From the NCBI GenBank assembly GCA_032161105.1, contig JAVHTD010000006.1: 64,000 nt of DNA. One strand, written 5' to 3'. The position numbers and the translations under genes were made by a program. Source of the DNA: Candidatus Thermosaccharophagus tengchongensis (GTDB lineage Bacteria > Armatimonadota > Fervidibacteria > Fervidibacterales > Thermosaccharophagaceae). Positions 19,287 to 29,596 of the stretch are shown here, in pieces. The notes under the pieces are model-generated. The model was not told the DNA's origin. It searched no databases and was given only the letters and a program-made list of their open reading frames with translations. The stretch's first letter is position 1. The number at the start of each line of letters is the position of its first letter.

Positions 19287-20279
19287 TTACTCCCACAGCT
19301 TGAGAACGACCTTGGCTGTCTTGCCCGAAATGAATTCATCAAATGCCGTTTGGGCTTCACCGATTGCGAACTCGTGCGAGACAAGCCTGCGCACATCCAA
19401 GCCACGGCGATACAATTCCACCATCTCCCAATACTCGCCCCTGTGATAATACCAACTGCCAAACATGGTGATGTCATTACGGATCAAATTTCCTATGTTC
19501 ACTGTGACCTCCCTATTCTCACCCACACAAGCCAACTTGCCTCCCTTGCCCACAAGCTGCATTGCCAGCGCAAAGCCCTCCGGGCGACCGGAGGCTTCAA
19601 CGACGCCATCCGACATCGCCCCATTTGAGATCTCCCTAACAACACCGACAGCATCCACTGAAGATGGGTTAATGGTGAATTCAGCGCCGAGCGCCTTAGC
19701 ATAATTGAGCCTTTCGTCACGCACATCCAGCGCTATAACCTTTGCGCCGGCGTGCGCAAGATATAGCACGCATCCAAGCCCAACAGGTCCACACCCCACA
19801 ACGGAGACAAAATCACCGGCTTTTATCCCCATGCGCTTGCACGCATGATATGGTGTTCCAAAGCCATCACCGCTGAGCAAAACACCGGCGATGAAGTCCA
19901 CATCGTCCGGCAACGGCAATGGGATGTGTTCCGGGACACAAGCATATTGCGCCTGCAAACCACCACATCCCCTTCTCTCATCGCAAAATGTGTAGATGCC
20001 ACGCTGACACCAAGCGCACTTGCCGCATCCCCAAACGGCATAGATGCCGACTCTTTCCCCGCCCTCCCATATGCGCGACTTTGATGCATCAACTATGATG
20101 CCGACTGCCTCGTGACCGGTATTTGACTCCAACACGCTGTCAGACAATAGCGCGTGGAGGTCGCTGCCGCAAATTGCAGCCACCTCAATCCTGACAAGCA
20201 CTTCGCCATCCTTTGGAACTGGGTCTGGATACTCGCGCACAGCCACTCTTCCGCGCCCAAGATATTGCAAGCCGAGCAT
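19287..20279 (-). CDS. Zinc-dependent alcohol dehydrogenase (MDR family)
   Basis: ICGSDLH, GHE, GCGKCAWCQRG...C and GCGPVG. GGAGG SD before ATG 20279. Confidence 0.92.
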   Translation of the reverse strand: MLGLQYLGRGRVAVREYPDPVPKDGEVLVRIEVAAICGSDLHALLSDSVLESNTGHEAVGIIVDASKSRIWEGGERVGIYAVWGCGKCAWCQRGIYTFCDERRGCGGLQAQYACVPEHIPLPLPDDVDFIAGVLLSGDGFGTPYHACKRMGIKAGDFVSVVGCGPVGLGCVLYLAHAGAKVIALDVRDERLNYAKALGAEFTINPSSVDAVGVVREISNGAMSDGVVEASGRPEGFALAMQLVGKGGKLACVGENREVTVNIGNLIRNDITMFGSWYYHRGEYWEMVELYRRGLDVRRLVSHEFAIGEAQTAFDEFISGKTAKVVLKLWE

Positions 20280-20484
20280 GCCGCCCACCTCCGAAGCGAT
20301 GCTGTCATACGACTTTGATATGTCGCCAACTAACCATCCACCAGTAGCAACTGGACAGCCAAATGTGCCAACTGCCCGCTTCAAATAGCGCTCGGGCATG
20401 CGCTTCAGCTATCATTGTGCTAACATCTGTCGGTGTTCAAGCCAACACGAAGCGTAAAAATTGCAGCGATGAGGTGATACGCAG

Positions 20485-21198
20485 ATGGATGACAAAGGGC
20501 GCTCACACAGATACGAGTTCATGCGTCCCGGAGAGATTGAAAGGGAAAAGGAACACGCTCCCATCGCATACATCCCGTGGGGATCGCTTGAATGGCATGG
20601 ATTGCACAATGCCATCGGTTTGGACGCTTTGAAGGCGCACGCAATCGCGCTCGATGCAGCCAATGAGACCGGCGGCGTCGTCCTACCGCCGATCTTTGCC
20701 GGCTATGGCACGATGAAACCTTACAAGGGCTTTAAGCACACAATTGAGGTGAGCTCCGAAACGATCAAAGCCCTCCTGAGGGAGCTGCTTGAGCAGCTCA
20801 AGGACGAGGGGTTCAAAGTGCTTGTGCTCATCATGGGGCATTACGGAAAGCAGCATGTTGATGCGCTCACGAGCGTCTGCGATGAGTTTCAGTCAATGCA
20901 CAGAGAGATCGCCATGCTCGCTTTCCCTGAGTATCAAGTGGCGATTGACGATGGCATTCGCGGAGATCACGCAGGTGCATACGAAACATCACTCATGATG
21001 CATTACTATCCGGAGACAGTTGATCTGACGCTGCTCCCGCACGAGCGTCCGCTGAGCATGGATGAAGACGGCATAGGCGGTGAAAACCCAAGAGAGCACG
21101 CAAGCGCCGAGAGAGGGCGCAAGATAGCGCAACTGATAGTCAGGCGCATCGTTGAGAGAGTCCAATTAGCGCTTGAGAGGGTGAAGGGGGCTCAGTGA
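20485..21198 (+). CDS. Creatininase family protein
   Basis: PWGSLEWHGLHNAIGLD, GHYG and DHAGAYETS. Confidence 0.88.
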   Translation: MDDKGRSHRYEFMRPGEIEREKEHAPIAYIPWGSLEWHGLHNAIGLDALKAHAIALDAANETGGVVLPPIFAGYGTMKPYKGFKHTIEVSSETIKALLRELLEQLKDEGFKVLVLIMGHYGKQHVDALTSVCDEFQSMHREIAMLAFPEYQVAIDDGIRGDHAGAYETSLMMHYYPETVDLTLLPHERPLSMDEDGIGGENPREHASAERGRKIAQLIVRRIVERVQLALERVKGAQ

Positions 21199-21220
21199 GA
21201 GCCATGTTGAACCGCAAGCT

Positions 21221-22231
21221 GTGGGAGAGAGTAACTTTGCCATGAGCTTGCGCCATGAGGAACTCGCAGCAATGCTGCACCAGATGGCGGCTGCATTCCA
21301 ATCCGGAATGACGGCGCATGAAGCATTGAAGATGCTTGAGGAGAGCTCCTCAAGCAAGCGCAGGCGCTCCATTTATCACGAACTGGCTGCAAGATGCGCA
21401 TCAGGGATGAGCCTATCCGAAGCTATGGCAGCGATGCCGAGGGCATTTCCGAGATGGCTCATCGGCATCGTCAGAGCCGGTGAACGCACCGGAAGGCTTG
21501 CAAACATGCTCAGGTTCGCAGCTGAACAATGCGATTCAGAAGCAGCTTGGCAGAGGAGATGGCGATGGAGCAGGCTTTACCTGAGCATCTGCATCATCCT
21601 CCTCCCATTCGTCATGCCTCTTCCGAGAATGCTGCTCAACGGCTTTCAGTGGTATGCCTCTTTGGTGTTAAAGTGCATCTTGCCAGCATTGTTGCTCGCC
21701 TATGGTGCTGTGCTTGCATGGCGGGCAATTGTGAGGCATCGTGCGATTGACGAGCTCATCAGGCAACTCCTCTCAGTGATGCCAATGTTTGGCGGCACGA
21801 TCACACATAGCTGCATCGCAAACTTTTTGCTCTCCACCGCACAGGCTATTGATGCCGGAATGAGCGCTGCAGATGCAATTGAAGTTGGCTTTGAAGCAAT
21901 GGATGTGGTGAAGTTGAGGGCGAAAGCCGCGGGTGCAAAGAGGGCAGTGAGCGAGGGCACAACCATTTCGGATGCGTTATCAAATTCCGGCTTGCTCAAC
22001 CGTTCGGAAGCCTCAATCATACAAGTTGGCGAGAGGACTGGAACGATAGTGCAAGCTCTAATGCGGGTCGCCGAAGAAAGGCGAAGGCGCGTTGCGTCAC
22101 TTCGCTGGGCATCGCTCATACTCAAATTCGCAATCGTTTACCTCGCCATGGCGATTGCGATCGTGTTTTGCATCTACTCACTTTATCAGGCTTTGTTTGA
22201 ATGGGTGGAAAGGGAATTTGAAGCCCAATGA
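21221..22231 (+). CDS. Type II secretion system F / PilC family protein
   Basis: Two T2SSF repeats (GMSLSEAM...RAGERTGRL and EGTTISDAL...VGERTGTI) separated by TMs. Confidence 0.85.
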   Translation: MGESNFAMSLRHEELAAMLHQMAAAFQSGMTAHEALKMLEESSSSKRRRSIYHELAARCASGMSLSEAMAAMPRAFPRWLIGIVRAGERTGRLANMLRFAAEQCDSEAAWQRRWRWSRLYLSICIILLPFVMPLPRMLLNGFQWYASLVLKCILPALLLAYGAVLAWRAIVRHRAIDELIRQLLSVMPMFGGTITHSCIANFLLSTAQAIDAGMSAADAIEVGFEAMDVVKLRAKAAGAKRAVSEGTTISDALSNSGLLNRSEASIIQVGERTGTIVQALMRVAEERRRRVASLRWASLILKFAIVYLAMAIAIVFCIYSLYQALFEWVEREFEAQ

Positions 22232-22249
22232 GCTCACAAGCGCACCGAG

Positions 22250-23023
22250 GTGATGAGCATGATCATTGACTTCCATTGCCATGTTGGCACGGGTGAGGAG
22301 TTGCAAGCGCCATGGACAACGAGGGCGAGCCTGGAATTATACCTTGAGCGTGCCGAGCATGCCGGGATTGACATGACAGTTGTGTTTGCCATAACGAGCG
22401 ATGACTATGAGCGTGCAAACGCTGAGGTGGCTGAGGTTGTGGCGAACCATCCGGGCAAGTTGATCGGGTTTGCAAGGGTGCACTCAAAAAGGGATGCAAG
22501 CAAGATTGAACGCATGCTCAGGCGCGCAGTTGAAGATTACGGTTTCAAGGGCATAAAGGTGCACGGCGCTGAAGCCATGCCAACAAGGGAGCTTTGCAGA
22601 GCTGCAGAGGATATGCACCTTCCAATACTTGTGGACTTGGTCGGGAGGATTGAGGTGCTGCCTTTGCTCGCAACCGAGTTCAAGGATGTCACATTTGTTG
22701 TGGCTCACTTGGGCAGCTTCTCTGATGATTGGCGCGTCATGCAGTTCATGCCGCACTTGCTCTCAACCTACCCCAACATTTACGCCGATACATCTGGGGT
22801 GCGCTTCTTTGACTACATTTGCGCGGCTGTGAAACAGGCTGGTCCAACAAAACTGCTGTTTGGCTCTGATGGTCCGCTGCTTCACCCGGGCGTTGAATTG
22901 CACAAGGTTAAGCTGCTGCATCTCCCGCCAGAGGATGAAGCGCTCATACTCGGTGGAAACGCCTATAGGCTGCTCTTTAAATCCAACAGCTCAAAAGGTG
23001 GTCATGGTGTGGCTGCGCCTTGA
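22250..23023 (+). CDS. Amidohydrolase_2 family metal-dependent hydrolase
   Basis: IIDFHCHVG, GFKGIKVH, VAHLG, NIYADTS and LLFGSDGP. Confidence 0.88.
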   Translation: MMSMIIDFHCHVGTGEELQAPWTTRASLELYLERAEHAGIDMTVVFAITSDDYERANAEVAEVVANHPGKLIGFARVHSKRDASKIERMLRRAVEDYGFKGIKVHGAEAMPTRELCRAAEDMHLPILVDLVGRIEVLPLLATEFKDVTFVVAHLGSFSDDWRVMQFMPHLLSTYPNIYADTSGVRFFDYICAAVKQAGPTKLLFGSDGPLLHPGVELHKVKLLHLPPEDEALILGGNAYRLLFKSNSSKGGHGVAAP

Positions 23024-25554
23024 GCAGCGCGTCTCTCCTGCCATTGCTTAATAGCATAGATGACGATGTTGATGTTAAAGCGGATGGCGAGCTCCTTAAC
23101 CTGCTGCGGTATCGGCGGGGCTATTTTGCCCGGATGATGATCGCAGATGACATCGCTATAGTCGTTGCGAGAGTAAATGACGGCATGTCTTCCATCCACT
23201 CGGAGCGCCAAAATCGGGTATGTCTCACCGAGGTCGCCCGGCGGGACAGCGCTTATCCTGTAAAAGGCATTGAAGATGGGGTGCGAGAGCGGCAGCTCCT
23301 CCCAATCGGACATGCGCTTATTAAATGTCTTGCACATCTCACGCATGAACGAAACATCAAACGGACCGTGTGAGTTGTCGCCAAAGATTGTCCCGCCAAG
23401 ACGCACATACTCACGCAGCACCTGTCTCTCCTCATCCGTGAGCTCAAAAGAATCCTCACCGTAGAAGAAAAGTATCGGCACATCCTTTACCGCTTCAAGC
23501 GTGAGAGCAACTTTGCGCTCACCCTCAGGCGTGCGAATCTTCGTGCGCCTGTTAAGTTCGCGGAGAACATTATGAACCCTGTTGATGTGCACATCCCAGT
23601 TGGATTTGTCCACAATGGCTATGACTGGATGGCGTGCAAACTCACCACTGATGTCGGTGAACAATCCGCCCTCGGTTGACTCCGGCACAGTCACAAACTT
23701 GACTGGACGACCGACATCCTCTCGCCTAACTGGTGCACCATATGTGCCGCCACCAGTTCCGGCAGCGCCAGCGCGAGCCGTTCCACCAACGGCGCCAGTA
23801 ATACCCGGGCGTTCACCAACACCACCCGTTGAAGTCCCACCACTCGGGCGCACCAAGACGCCGCTTGGCGACTCCCCACGCGGCGGTTCTCCAAGACCGC
23901 TACCGGTGCCAGATTTGACACCCTTTCGGTAACCCGATACATCCCCACCAAAGCCAATAGCCGGTGCCCCGGGACGAGCTTTCATTCCGCCGCCACCACC
24001 GCGCCCAACTGAACCAGCACCACCACCGCCAGCAATTGGACCAGCACCAGACACATAACCGGTTCCACTGCCATACCCGCCTCCGGATGTGCCCGCACCT
24101 GAACCAACACCACCGCCTGGAGATGGCGACCCTACAACTTGTGGTGCACCAATCCCTTCGCCACCCACACCTGTGCCAGCACCGCGCTGCGGTGAACGCG
24201 GCAAGCCAAACGCACCAATGCCAGCACCAGCACCGGTGCCAATACCGGCACCCTCGCCTATGGCTGCACCTCCACCTCCAATGCCACCGAAGCCACCAAC
24301 TGTAGGTTTGCCACGCCCGTGCAACAACTCGCCAAAATCCGCCACCTTGCCGGGACGCAGCTTATCGCCACCCCTGCCACCAACGCCTTCGCCTACACCG
24401 GAAATTTCATCCGTTGGACGAAGTGCACCCCTGAGCAAATCAAGGAATGCACTTCCGATGCGCCCGCCACCCTCTTTTGCAGTTCCGGCTCCGTATGCCT
24501 CAGGACGCGGCTGTGACAAACCTATGCCGCTCTCTTTCGGTCTGCCAATCAACACCCCCTGAGGACCGTGAGCGCCAGAACCACCGCCAACATCAAGCTG
24601 ACCGACTTGACTCGCTCCACCTTTGCCCGGTGGAAGGACTCCGATAGCTATCGGCGCCTGCATTGGCTGTGGCATCCCTTTCGTCATTGCGCCACGCCTT
24701 CCTGATGGAGCTTCTGGCAAGCGCGTCACTTCGTCCTCTTGTGGCGCCGGCGATGCAACTCCCGGACGCCTCTCAACACCAACCCCGGCAACATTTGGGA
24801 GCACTATCGGGGATGAAACTGTTGCCTCGCTTGGCGCATGCCTTTTCGTCAAGGAGCGCGCCACCTCAATAACCTGTGATGTCGTCCTCTCCGAGGAAGG
24901 CAATTCAGCCTGTGAGGGTATAACCTCTCGGCGCATCGTCTCCTCTCTCTGCCCAAATGTTGGCAAAAGCTTAGCCGTTGAGATTTCACGCTGCCCATGT
25001 GAAACCTTCATTTCCGGCGGCTCAATAACCTGTGTTGGCTGCTTTGCAAGCTCAACGCTCGGCTGCTCATATAGCCTCTGCTCAGCAGTTGGGCGAACTG
25101 CCACCCGTTGCGGTTCATGACTGACTTCTCCCTTCTCGGGAGCACTTACCCTCCTCACAATCTCATGTGCGACGGATGGTTGGCGCATAGGCATGCGTTG
25201 AACTTTTACCTCTTCCATGCGGCGCTCAACATGCCGACGGGAGTGCACAACTCGCTTTGCAGCAACCTGCGGGATGGGCGTGGTCCTTTGAGGGCTTTGA
25301 GCGAGAACTCTTTGTGGCTTAACTGGCTCAGCTTTCGGCGTCACTGGCTCGGTTTCAACCCGCTCAATCTCAACTCGTATCACCTGCTCACGGCTAACAA
25401 ATCGCTTTGCGGGAATGTTAATTGCTCCGAGCGGCAGAAGAAGGATGTGAACAACGAGTGACATCACAAAGCACTTCAAAAGGCGCGCATCGGCTTGCCG
25501 CACAAGTGCAGTGCGGTATCTCGCCAACCCATTTGCGAATCTCAAGGTCTCCAT
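23002..25554 (-). CDS. TonB/TolA-like membrane-anchored protein with long Pro- then Gly-rich linker and C-terminal DUF4159 domain
   Basis: TM FVMSLVVHILLL carries the SxxxH motif, followed by roughly 600 aa of low-complexity linker. C-terminal PILFFYG...EERQVLREYVRLGGTIFGD...SFMREM...LPLSHPIF...DGRHAVIYSRND...NIVIYA matches the DUF4159 pattern. Confidence 0.75.
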   Translation of the reverse strand: METLRFANGLARYRTALVRQADARLLKCFVMSLVVHILLLPLGAINIPAKRFVSREQVIRVEIERVETEPVTPKAEPVKPQRVLAQSPQRTTPIPQVAAKRVVHSRRHVERRMEEVKVQRMPMRQPSVAHEIVRRVSAPEKGEVSHEPQRVAVRPTAEQRLYEQPSVELAKQPTQVIEPPEMKVSHGQREISTAKLLPTFGQREETMRREVIPSQAELPSSERTTSQVIEVARSLTKRHAPSEATVSSPIVLPNVAGVGVERRPGVASPAPQEDEVTRLPEAPSGRRGAMTKGMPQPMQAPIAIGVLPPGKGGASQVGQLDVGGGSGAHGPQGVLIGRPKESGIGLSQPRPEAYGAGTAKEGGGRIGSAFLDLLRGALRPTDEISGVGEGVGGRGGDKLRPGKVADFGELLHGRGKPTVGGFGGIGGGGAAIGEGAGIGTGAGAGIGAFGLPRSPQRGAGTGVGGEGIGAPQVVGSPSPGGGVGSGAGTSGGGYGSGTGYVSGAGPIAGGGGAGSVGRGGGGGMKARPGAPAIGFGGDVSGYRKGVKSGTGSGLGEPPRGESPSGVLVRPSGGTSTGGVGERPGITGAVGGTARAGAAGTGGGTYGAPVRREDVGRPVKFVTVPESTEGGLFTDISGEFARHPVIAIVDKSNWDVHINRVHNVLRELNRRTKIRTPEGERKVALTLEAVKDVPILFFYGEDSFELTDEERQVLREYVRLGGTIFGDNSHGPFDVSFMREMCKTFNKRMSDWEELPLSHPIFNAFYRISAVPPGDLGETYPILALRVDGRHAVIYSRNDYSDVICDHHPGKIAPPIPQQVKELAIRFNINIVIYAIKQWQERRAAQGAATP

Positions 25555-25683
25555 CGGTTCATCACCGCGCTTCAAGGGCGCTCAACGCATAAGAGGCATC
25601 CACAAAAGTGAAGGTTGCAACTGCGCCTCCGGCGCTAACTTTGATGAGTAACTTCAAGGCGAGCGCCCAACACATGCAACCCA

Positions 25684-26115
25684 TCATTGAACCTTCTCCC
25701 AGCGATCCCACTCAATCTTTGGCACCGGCTCGGCTGCCAATGCTGCAGCCCTTGCCCCAACGCGCTTGACGGCGTCCATCACGGCGACGGCAACCCAGTA
25801 TGGTATCTCAGCATCACCGCGTATCACGACTTCCTTCGTTCCCACTTCCTGAATGCGCTTGCGCAATGCAAGTTCAAGCTGCGATGGCGAGACACGCACA
25901 TCATCAACCAAGATTTGCCTGTCCGCAGTTATGCGTATGGTTATCTCGTGCTGCCTTATCGGTTGCGGTGACATAGCCCCGGGCAGCTTCAACTTCAATC
26001 CGGTGTCACGAGAGAAAGTGGTTGTGAGCAGGAAGAAGATGATGAGCAGGAAAGCTATGTCCGCCATCGTCACCATCGGTATGGTCGGGACAAGCCTCCT
26101 ATTACTGCGCTGCAT
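25684..26115 (-). CDS. exbD: Biopolymer transport protein ExbD/TolR
   Basis: IPMVTMADIAFLLIIFFLLTT (conserved Asp) and VVIRGDAEIPY...VMDAVK. Confidence 0.9.
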   Translation of the reverse strand: MQRSNRRLVPTIPMVTMADIAFLLIIFFLLTTTFSRDTGLKLKLPGAMSPQPIRQHEITIRITADRQILVDDVRVSPSQLELALRKRIQEVGTKEVVIRGDAEIPYWVAVAVMDAVKRVGARAAALAAEPVPKIEWDRWEKVQ

Positions 26116-26749
26116 GTCCGCCACCTGCCTCAACTGCCGCCACTTGCTCGCGGTGCTCAATTAGCTCCCTCGCAGCTGCTTCCATCTCCATCACAAATGC
26201 ATCCGACCTGCTGATGAAGTAGTTGTATGCGATGTTCGCCGGTATGGCTATGACAAGACCTGTGACAGTCGTTATGAGCGCCTCTGCGACACCGGCTGCA
26301 AACTTCGTCGGGTCACCGAGCCCGTAGACGGTCACTTCAAGGAAGGCTTTGTATAGCCCAGAGACAGTCCCGAGGAAGCCAAGCAGCGGAGCTATAGTCG
26401 CAATTGTTGAAAGCCATACAAGATGCCTCTCAACGAATGACTGCATTGATGCGATCGCAAACGACACAGCGCTTTGCACATCTTCAGCGTTGGATTGCCA
26501 CTTGCGCAACCCGGCGGATAGAACAGCGCCAACGGTGCTCACGGTCGTTTCACAGCACCTCAATGCATCATTTATGGCGCCGCGCTTCAGCGCCTCTGCA
26601 ACCTCACGCATGACGATCTTGTTGTTTCGTGAAATCACATGGTATGTCCAGAGGCGCTCAAAAAAGAGCGCGACCATAACAATTGAGCAAAATATAAGCA
26701 CGATCTCAAACGGTCCGCCACGCAGTATGAATTCAAGCACCCCTCCCAT
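26102..26749 (-). CDS. exbB: MotA/TolQ/ExbB proton channel family protein
   Basis: LSTIATIAPLLGFLGTVSG and AGVAEALITTVTGLVIAIPA...YNYF. Confidence 0.92.
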   Translation of the reverse strand: MGGVLEFILRGGPFEIVLIFCSIVMVALFFERLWTYHVISRNNKIVMREVAEALKRGAINDALRCCETTVSTVGAVLSAGLRKWQSNAEDVQSAVSFAIASMQSFVERHLVWLSTIATIAPLLGFLGTVSGLYKAFLEVTVYGLGDPTKFAAGVAEALITTVTGLVIAIPANIAYNYFISRSDAFVMEMEAAARELIEHREQVAAVEAGGGHAAQ

Positions 26750-26785
26750 TTCGCTTCACCCCCATTGGGCTTACAACTGCGACTG

Positions 26786-29500
26786 CTATAACTTGCCCAT
26801 CGCTTTCAATCTCTCCCTCGCCCTCTCAGCCCACTTCGTTTGCGAATACTTTTCAAGCACCACTCTGTATGCCTTTTCAGCGCGCTCACCCTCGCCAAGA
26901 CGCTCATAACAAAGCCCAGCATAGAATTGAGAGGCACTCGCCCACTCGTGGACATCCTCGTATAGCAATGCCACGCGCAAGAACTCACGCAACGCCTCCT
27001 TCACATCGCCCTTCAACAGGAGGCATTCGCCCACCCTAAATTGCGCCTCAACTGCTAACTCGCCACCATCTCCTGCTGCAACCGCTTTGTAAAGCTCAAT
27101 GGCTGCATCAAATTGCTTACGGTTTTGCTTCGCCCATGCAAGCTCAAACTGCGCCCTTATGGTGAGCTCGTCCTTCGGGTAGCTGTTTATGAACTGCTGC
27201 AACACAGCTTCTGCATCGGCGAACTTCTCAAGCTCGTTCAGACACTTGCCCCTGTATAGCTGAGCATGCTTTGCGAGCGGCGAATTCGGATGCTCCTTAA
27301 TCAGGCGCTCAAAGGTCACCAAAGCCTGAGCATATCTATGCCCATTAAACTGCAGGTAGCCGAGTTGAAGCAATGCATCTGGCTTAATCTCCTCGGGGAG
27401 CCGCTTGCTCAACGCCCCCTCAAACGCATTCATGGCATCAGAATCGCGCTTCAATATGAGCAAAGTCCACCCAAGCCTGTAGAGGGCTTTCCCGCAGAGC
27501 TCCTCATCCTTTCCGGATGAGAGCTTAACCGAGCGTTCGTAATGCGTGAGCGCCTCCTCAAACCGCTTTTGCATGAACAGGAGCTCGCCGATGATGAAAT
27601 GCCCTTCTGGGACATATTGGCTCTGTCCATATTCGTTCACCAAGTGTTCAAATGCTTTGAGCGCATCCTCATGCCTCCCAGCATCTATGTAAGTCCAACC
27701 GAGTTGATACAGCGCCTTGTCACACAACTCCGACTTGGGATGTTCTTTTAGCAGGCGCCAAAAGGCTTTGGCAGCCTCGTCAAAGCGTTTCAACTCATAC
27801 AGGCAAAGCCCATCCCTGTAAAGTGCCGTTGCCAACTTAGCCTCATCCTTTGAGCCCGAATTGATGAATGCGGCAAACTCATCGTGTGCCTCATTGAAGC
27901 GCTTGAGCATCCATAGCGAGTTGGCGCGCCAGTAGTGAGCCTCAGACACAAGCTTGTCATTTGGAAAGCGCTTGATGAGTTCGCCATATGTGCTTGCAGC
28001 ATCCTCATATCGCTCACGGACAAAATGCACAGCGCCGAGCGCAAATAGCGTTGCGGGCATAACAGCAGTCTGCGGGAAACGGGCGAGGATGAACTTGTAG
28101 ACCCTCTCGGCTGCGTCGTATTGCTTCTTCTCATATGCAGCCTTGCCGCTATCAAGCAACGCCAAAGCAATATCTTCAGCTGCCTCATTCGGCAAATCCA
28201 GTTCGCCGACTATTTGCTGAATGCTTTCAAACTCGCCGAGACGAATTAGCCCCAAAATGAGCGATGTCATTGCGCTGCGTATGCGCTCATCCTTCGCAGC
28301 CCACCCCTTTAGCTCCTTCAACTCGTTCACCGCCACACCGATGTTGCCCCTCTTTAGGGAGCACTCAGCCAACATCACCTTCACGAGGGCTGCTTCCCTG
28401 CCATCCTTCGCATGTTCAAGCGCTGCCTCAAGCGACTTTGCAGCCTCATCGTATCGTTCCATCGCCATGTATGCCTCTCCGAGTGCGATGTATGCTCTGG
28501 CAACATACGGTGATTTGGGCATCGTTCTGATGAGCAAGAGGAATTGCGTCGCTGCAGCCTGTGGTTGCTTCATCCGAAGGAGACATTGCCCACTCCAGTA
28601 GATTGCATGGTCTGCGAATGGGTGCGCTCTATCTTCAGCCACCTTTCTGTATATCTCCAACGCTTGCTCGTATCGCTTCATGTTGAAATGGCAATCGGCT
28701 TCACGAACGATTGCCTCCATTGCCGCTTGCGTCTTCGGATAGCGCTCTGCCACTTCGCCAAACAGCTTTGCCGCCTCCTCATAGCGACCTTGCTCAAACT
28801 CCACCCACGCAAGACCAAGCAATGCATCGGCGACCTCGTTGCTTTTCGGATAGCGTTTGATGACCCTCTCATAAGCCGCACGAGCCTCATCGTATCGTTT
28901 CAAATCAAACAGGCATTCACCAATCAACCACTGACATTGCGGCGCAACATCGCTCTCCGGGAACTCAGCTATGCAGCGCTCAAAATATTTCAAAGCCTCC
29001 TCGTGCCTCTTCAAATCGCGCGCAATCAAACCGAGTGAATAGAGCGCATAAGGAGCTTCCGCACTCTTGGGGAATTTGCGCAGCACGAGCTCATACCACT
29101 TGATGGCTTCCTCGTAAAGCTGCATTTGATAGTGAGCTTCGGCGGTCCAATATGTTGCCCTCGCTTCAATTTCTGTTTTCCCCCTTAAACCGGCTTCAAC
29201 TGCAGCCCTCTCAAAAGCCCTCGCAGCCTGCTCATAGCGCTTCAACCTGAAGTTGCAATCGCCGAGGACGAACAGCGCTTCCGGAATGCGTTCGTCCTTT
29301 GAATGCTGCTTTGTGAACCTCTCAAGCTCATCAGCGGCAAGCGCAAATTCCTCCTTCTGATAAAGCCGCATTGCAAATGCAAAGTCCTCATCAGCAGTTC
29401 CGGCTGACGCATAGGACGCGCAAAATGGGAGTGTGCAAATCAAGCATATGCCGGTTTTGATTAGCGTGAGCAATATAGCGCGCTGTAAACTGCACAGCAT
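26786..29500 (-). CDS. Exported long tetratricopeptide-repeat protein (CpoB/YbgF-like repeats)
   Basis: Signal peptide and AAGGAGG SD. Many TPRs with recurring (F/Y/H)P-x-S-x-x-A-x-x-A-L-Y motifs. Confidence 0.88.
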   Translation of the reverse strand: MLCSLQRAILLTLIKTGICLICTLPFCASYASAGTADEDFAFAMRLYQKEEFALAADELERFTKQHSKDERIPEALFVLGDCNFRLKRYEQAARAFERAAVEAGLRGKTEIEARATYWTAEAHYQMQLYEEAIKWYELVLRKFPKSAEAPYALYSLGLIARDLKRHEEALKYFERCIAEFPESDVAPQCQWLIGECLFDLKRYDEARAAYERVIKRYPKSNEVADALLGLAWVEFEQGRYEEAAKLFGEVAERYPKTQAAMEAIVREADCHFNMKRYEQALEIYRKVAEDRAHPFADHAIYWSGQCLLRMKQPQAAATQFLLLIRTMPKSPYVARAYIALGEAYMAMERYDEAAKSLEAALEHAKDGREAALVKVMLAECSLKRGNIGVAVNELKELKGWAAKDERIRSAMTSLILGLIRLGEFESIQQIVGELDLPNEAAEDIALALLDSGKAAYEKKQYDAAERVYKFILARFPQTAVMPATLFALGAVHFVRERYEDAASTYGELIKRFPNDKLVSEAHYWRANSLWMLKRFNEAHDEFAAFINSGSKDEAKLATALYRDGLCLYELKRFDEAAKAFWRLLKEHPKSELCDKALYQLGWTYIDAGRHEDALKAFEHLVNEYGQSQYVPEGHFIIGELLFMQKRFEEALTHYERSVKLSSGKDEELCGKALYRLGWTLLILKRDSDAMNAFEGALSKRLPEEIKPDALLQLGYLQFNGHRYAQALVTFERLIKEHPNSPLAKHAQLYRGKCLNELEKFADAEAVLQQFINSYPKDELTIRAQFELAWAKQNRKQFDAAIELYKAVAAGDGGELAVEAQFRVGECLLLKGDVKEALREFLRVALLYEDVHEWASASQFYAGLCYERLGEGERAEKAYRVVLEKYSQTKWAERARERLKAMGKL

Positions 29501-29596
29501 TTTGCATGCCTCCTTTGACCGTTTGTGAGTCGCCAACCAAATTGTGATGATTGCCACAATGACACAGTTGCATTAGCACTGACCAAACGAACACAG

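Noticed and set aside
23582..25120. Several Pro-rich plus-strand ORFs
   Set aside because: Mirror images of the Gly-rich codons of the minus-strand TonB-like gene.
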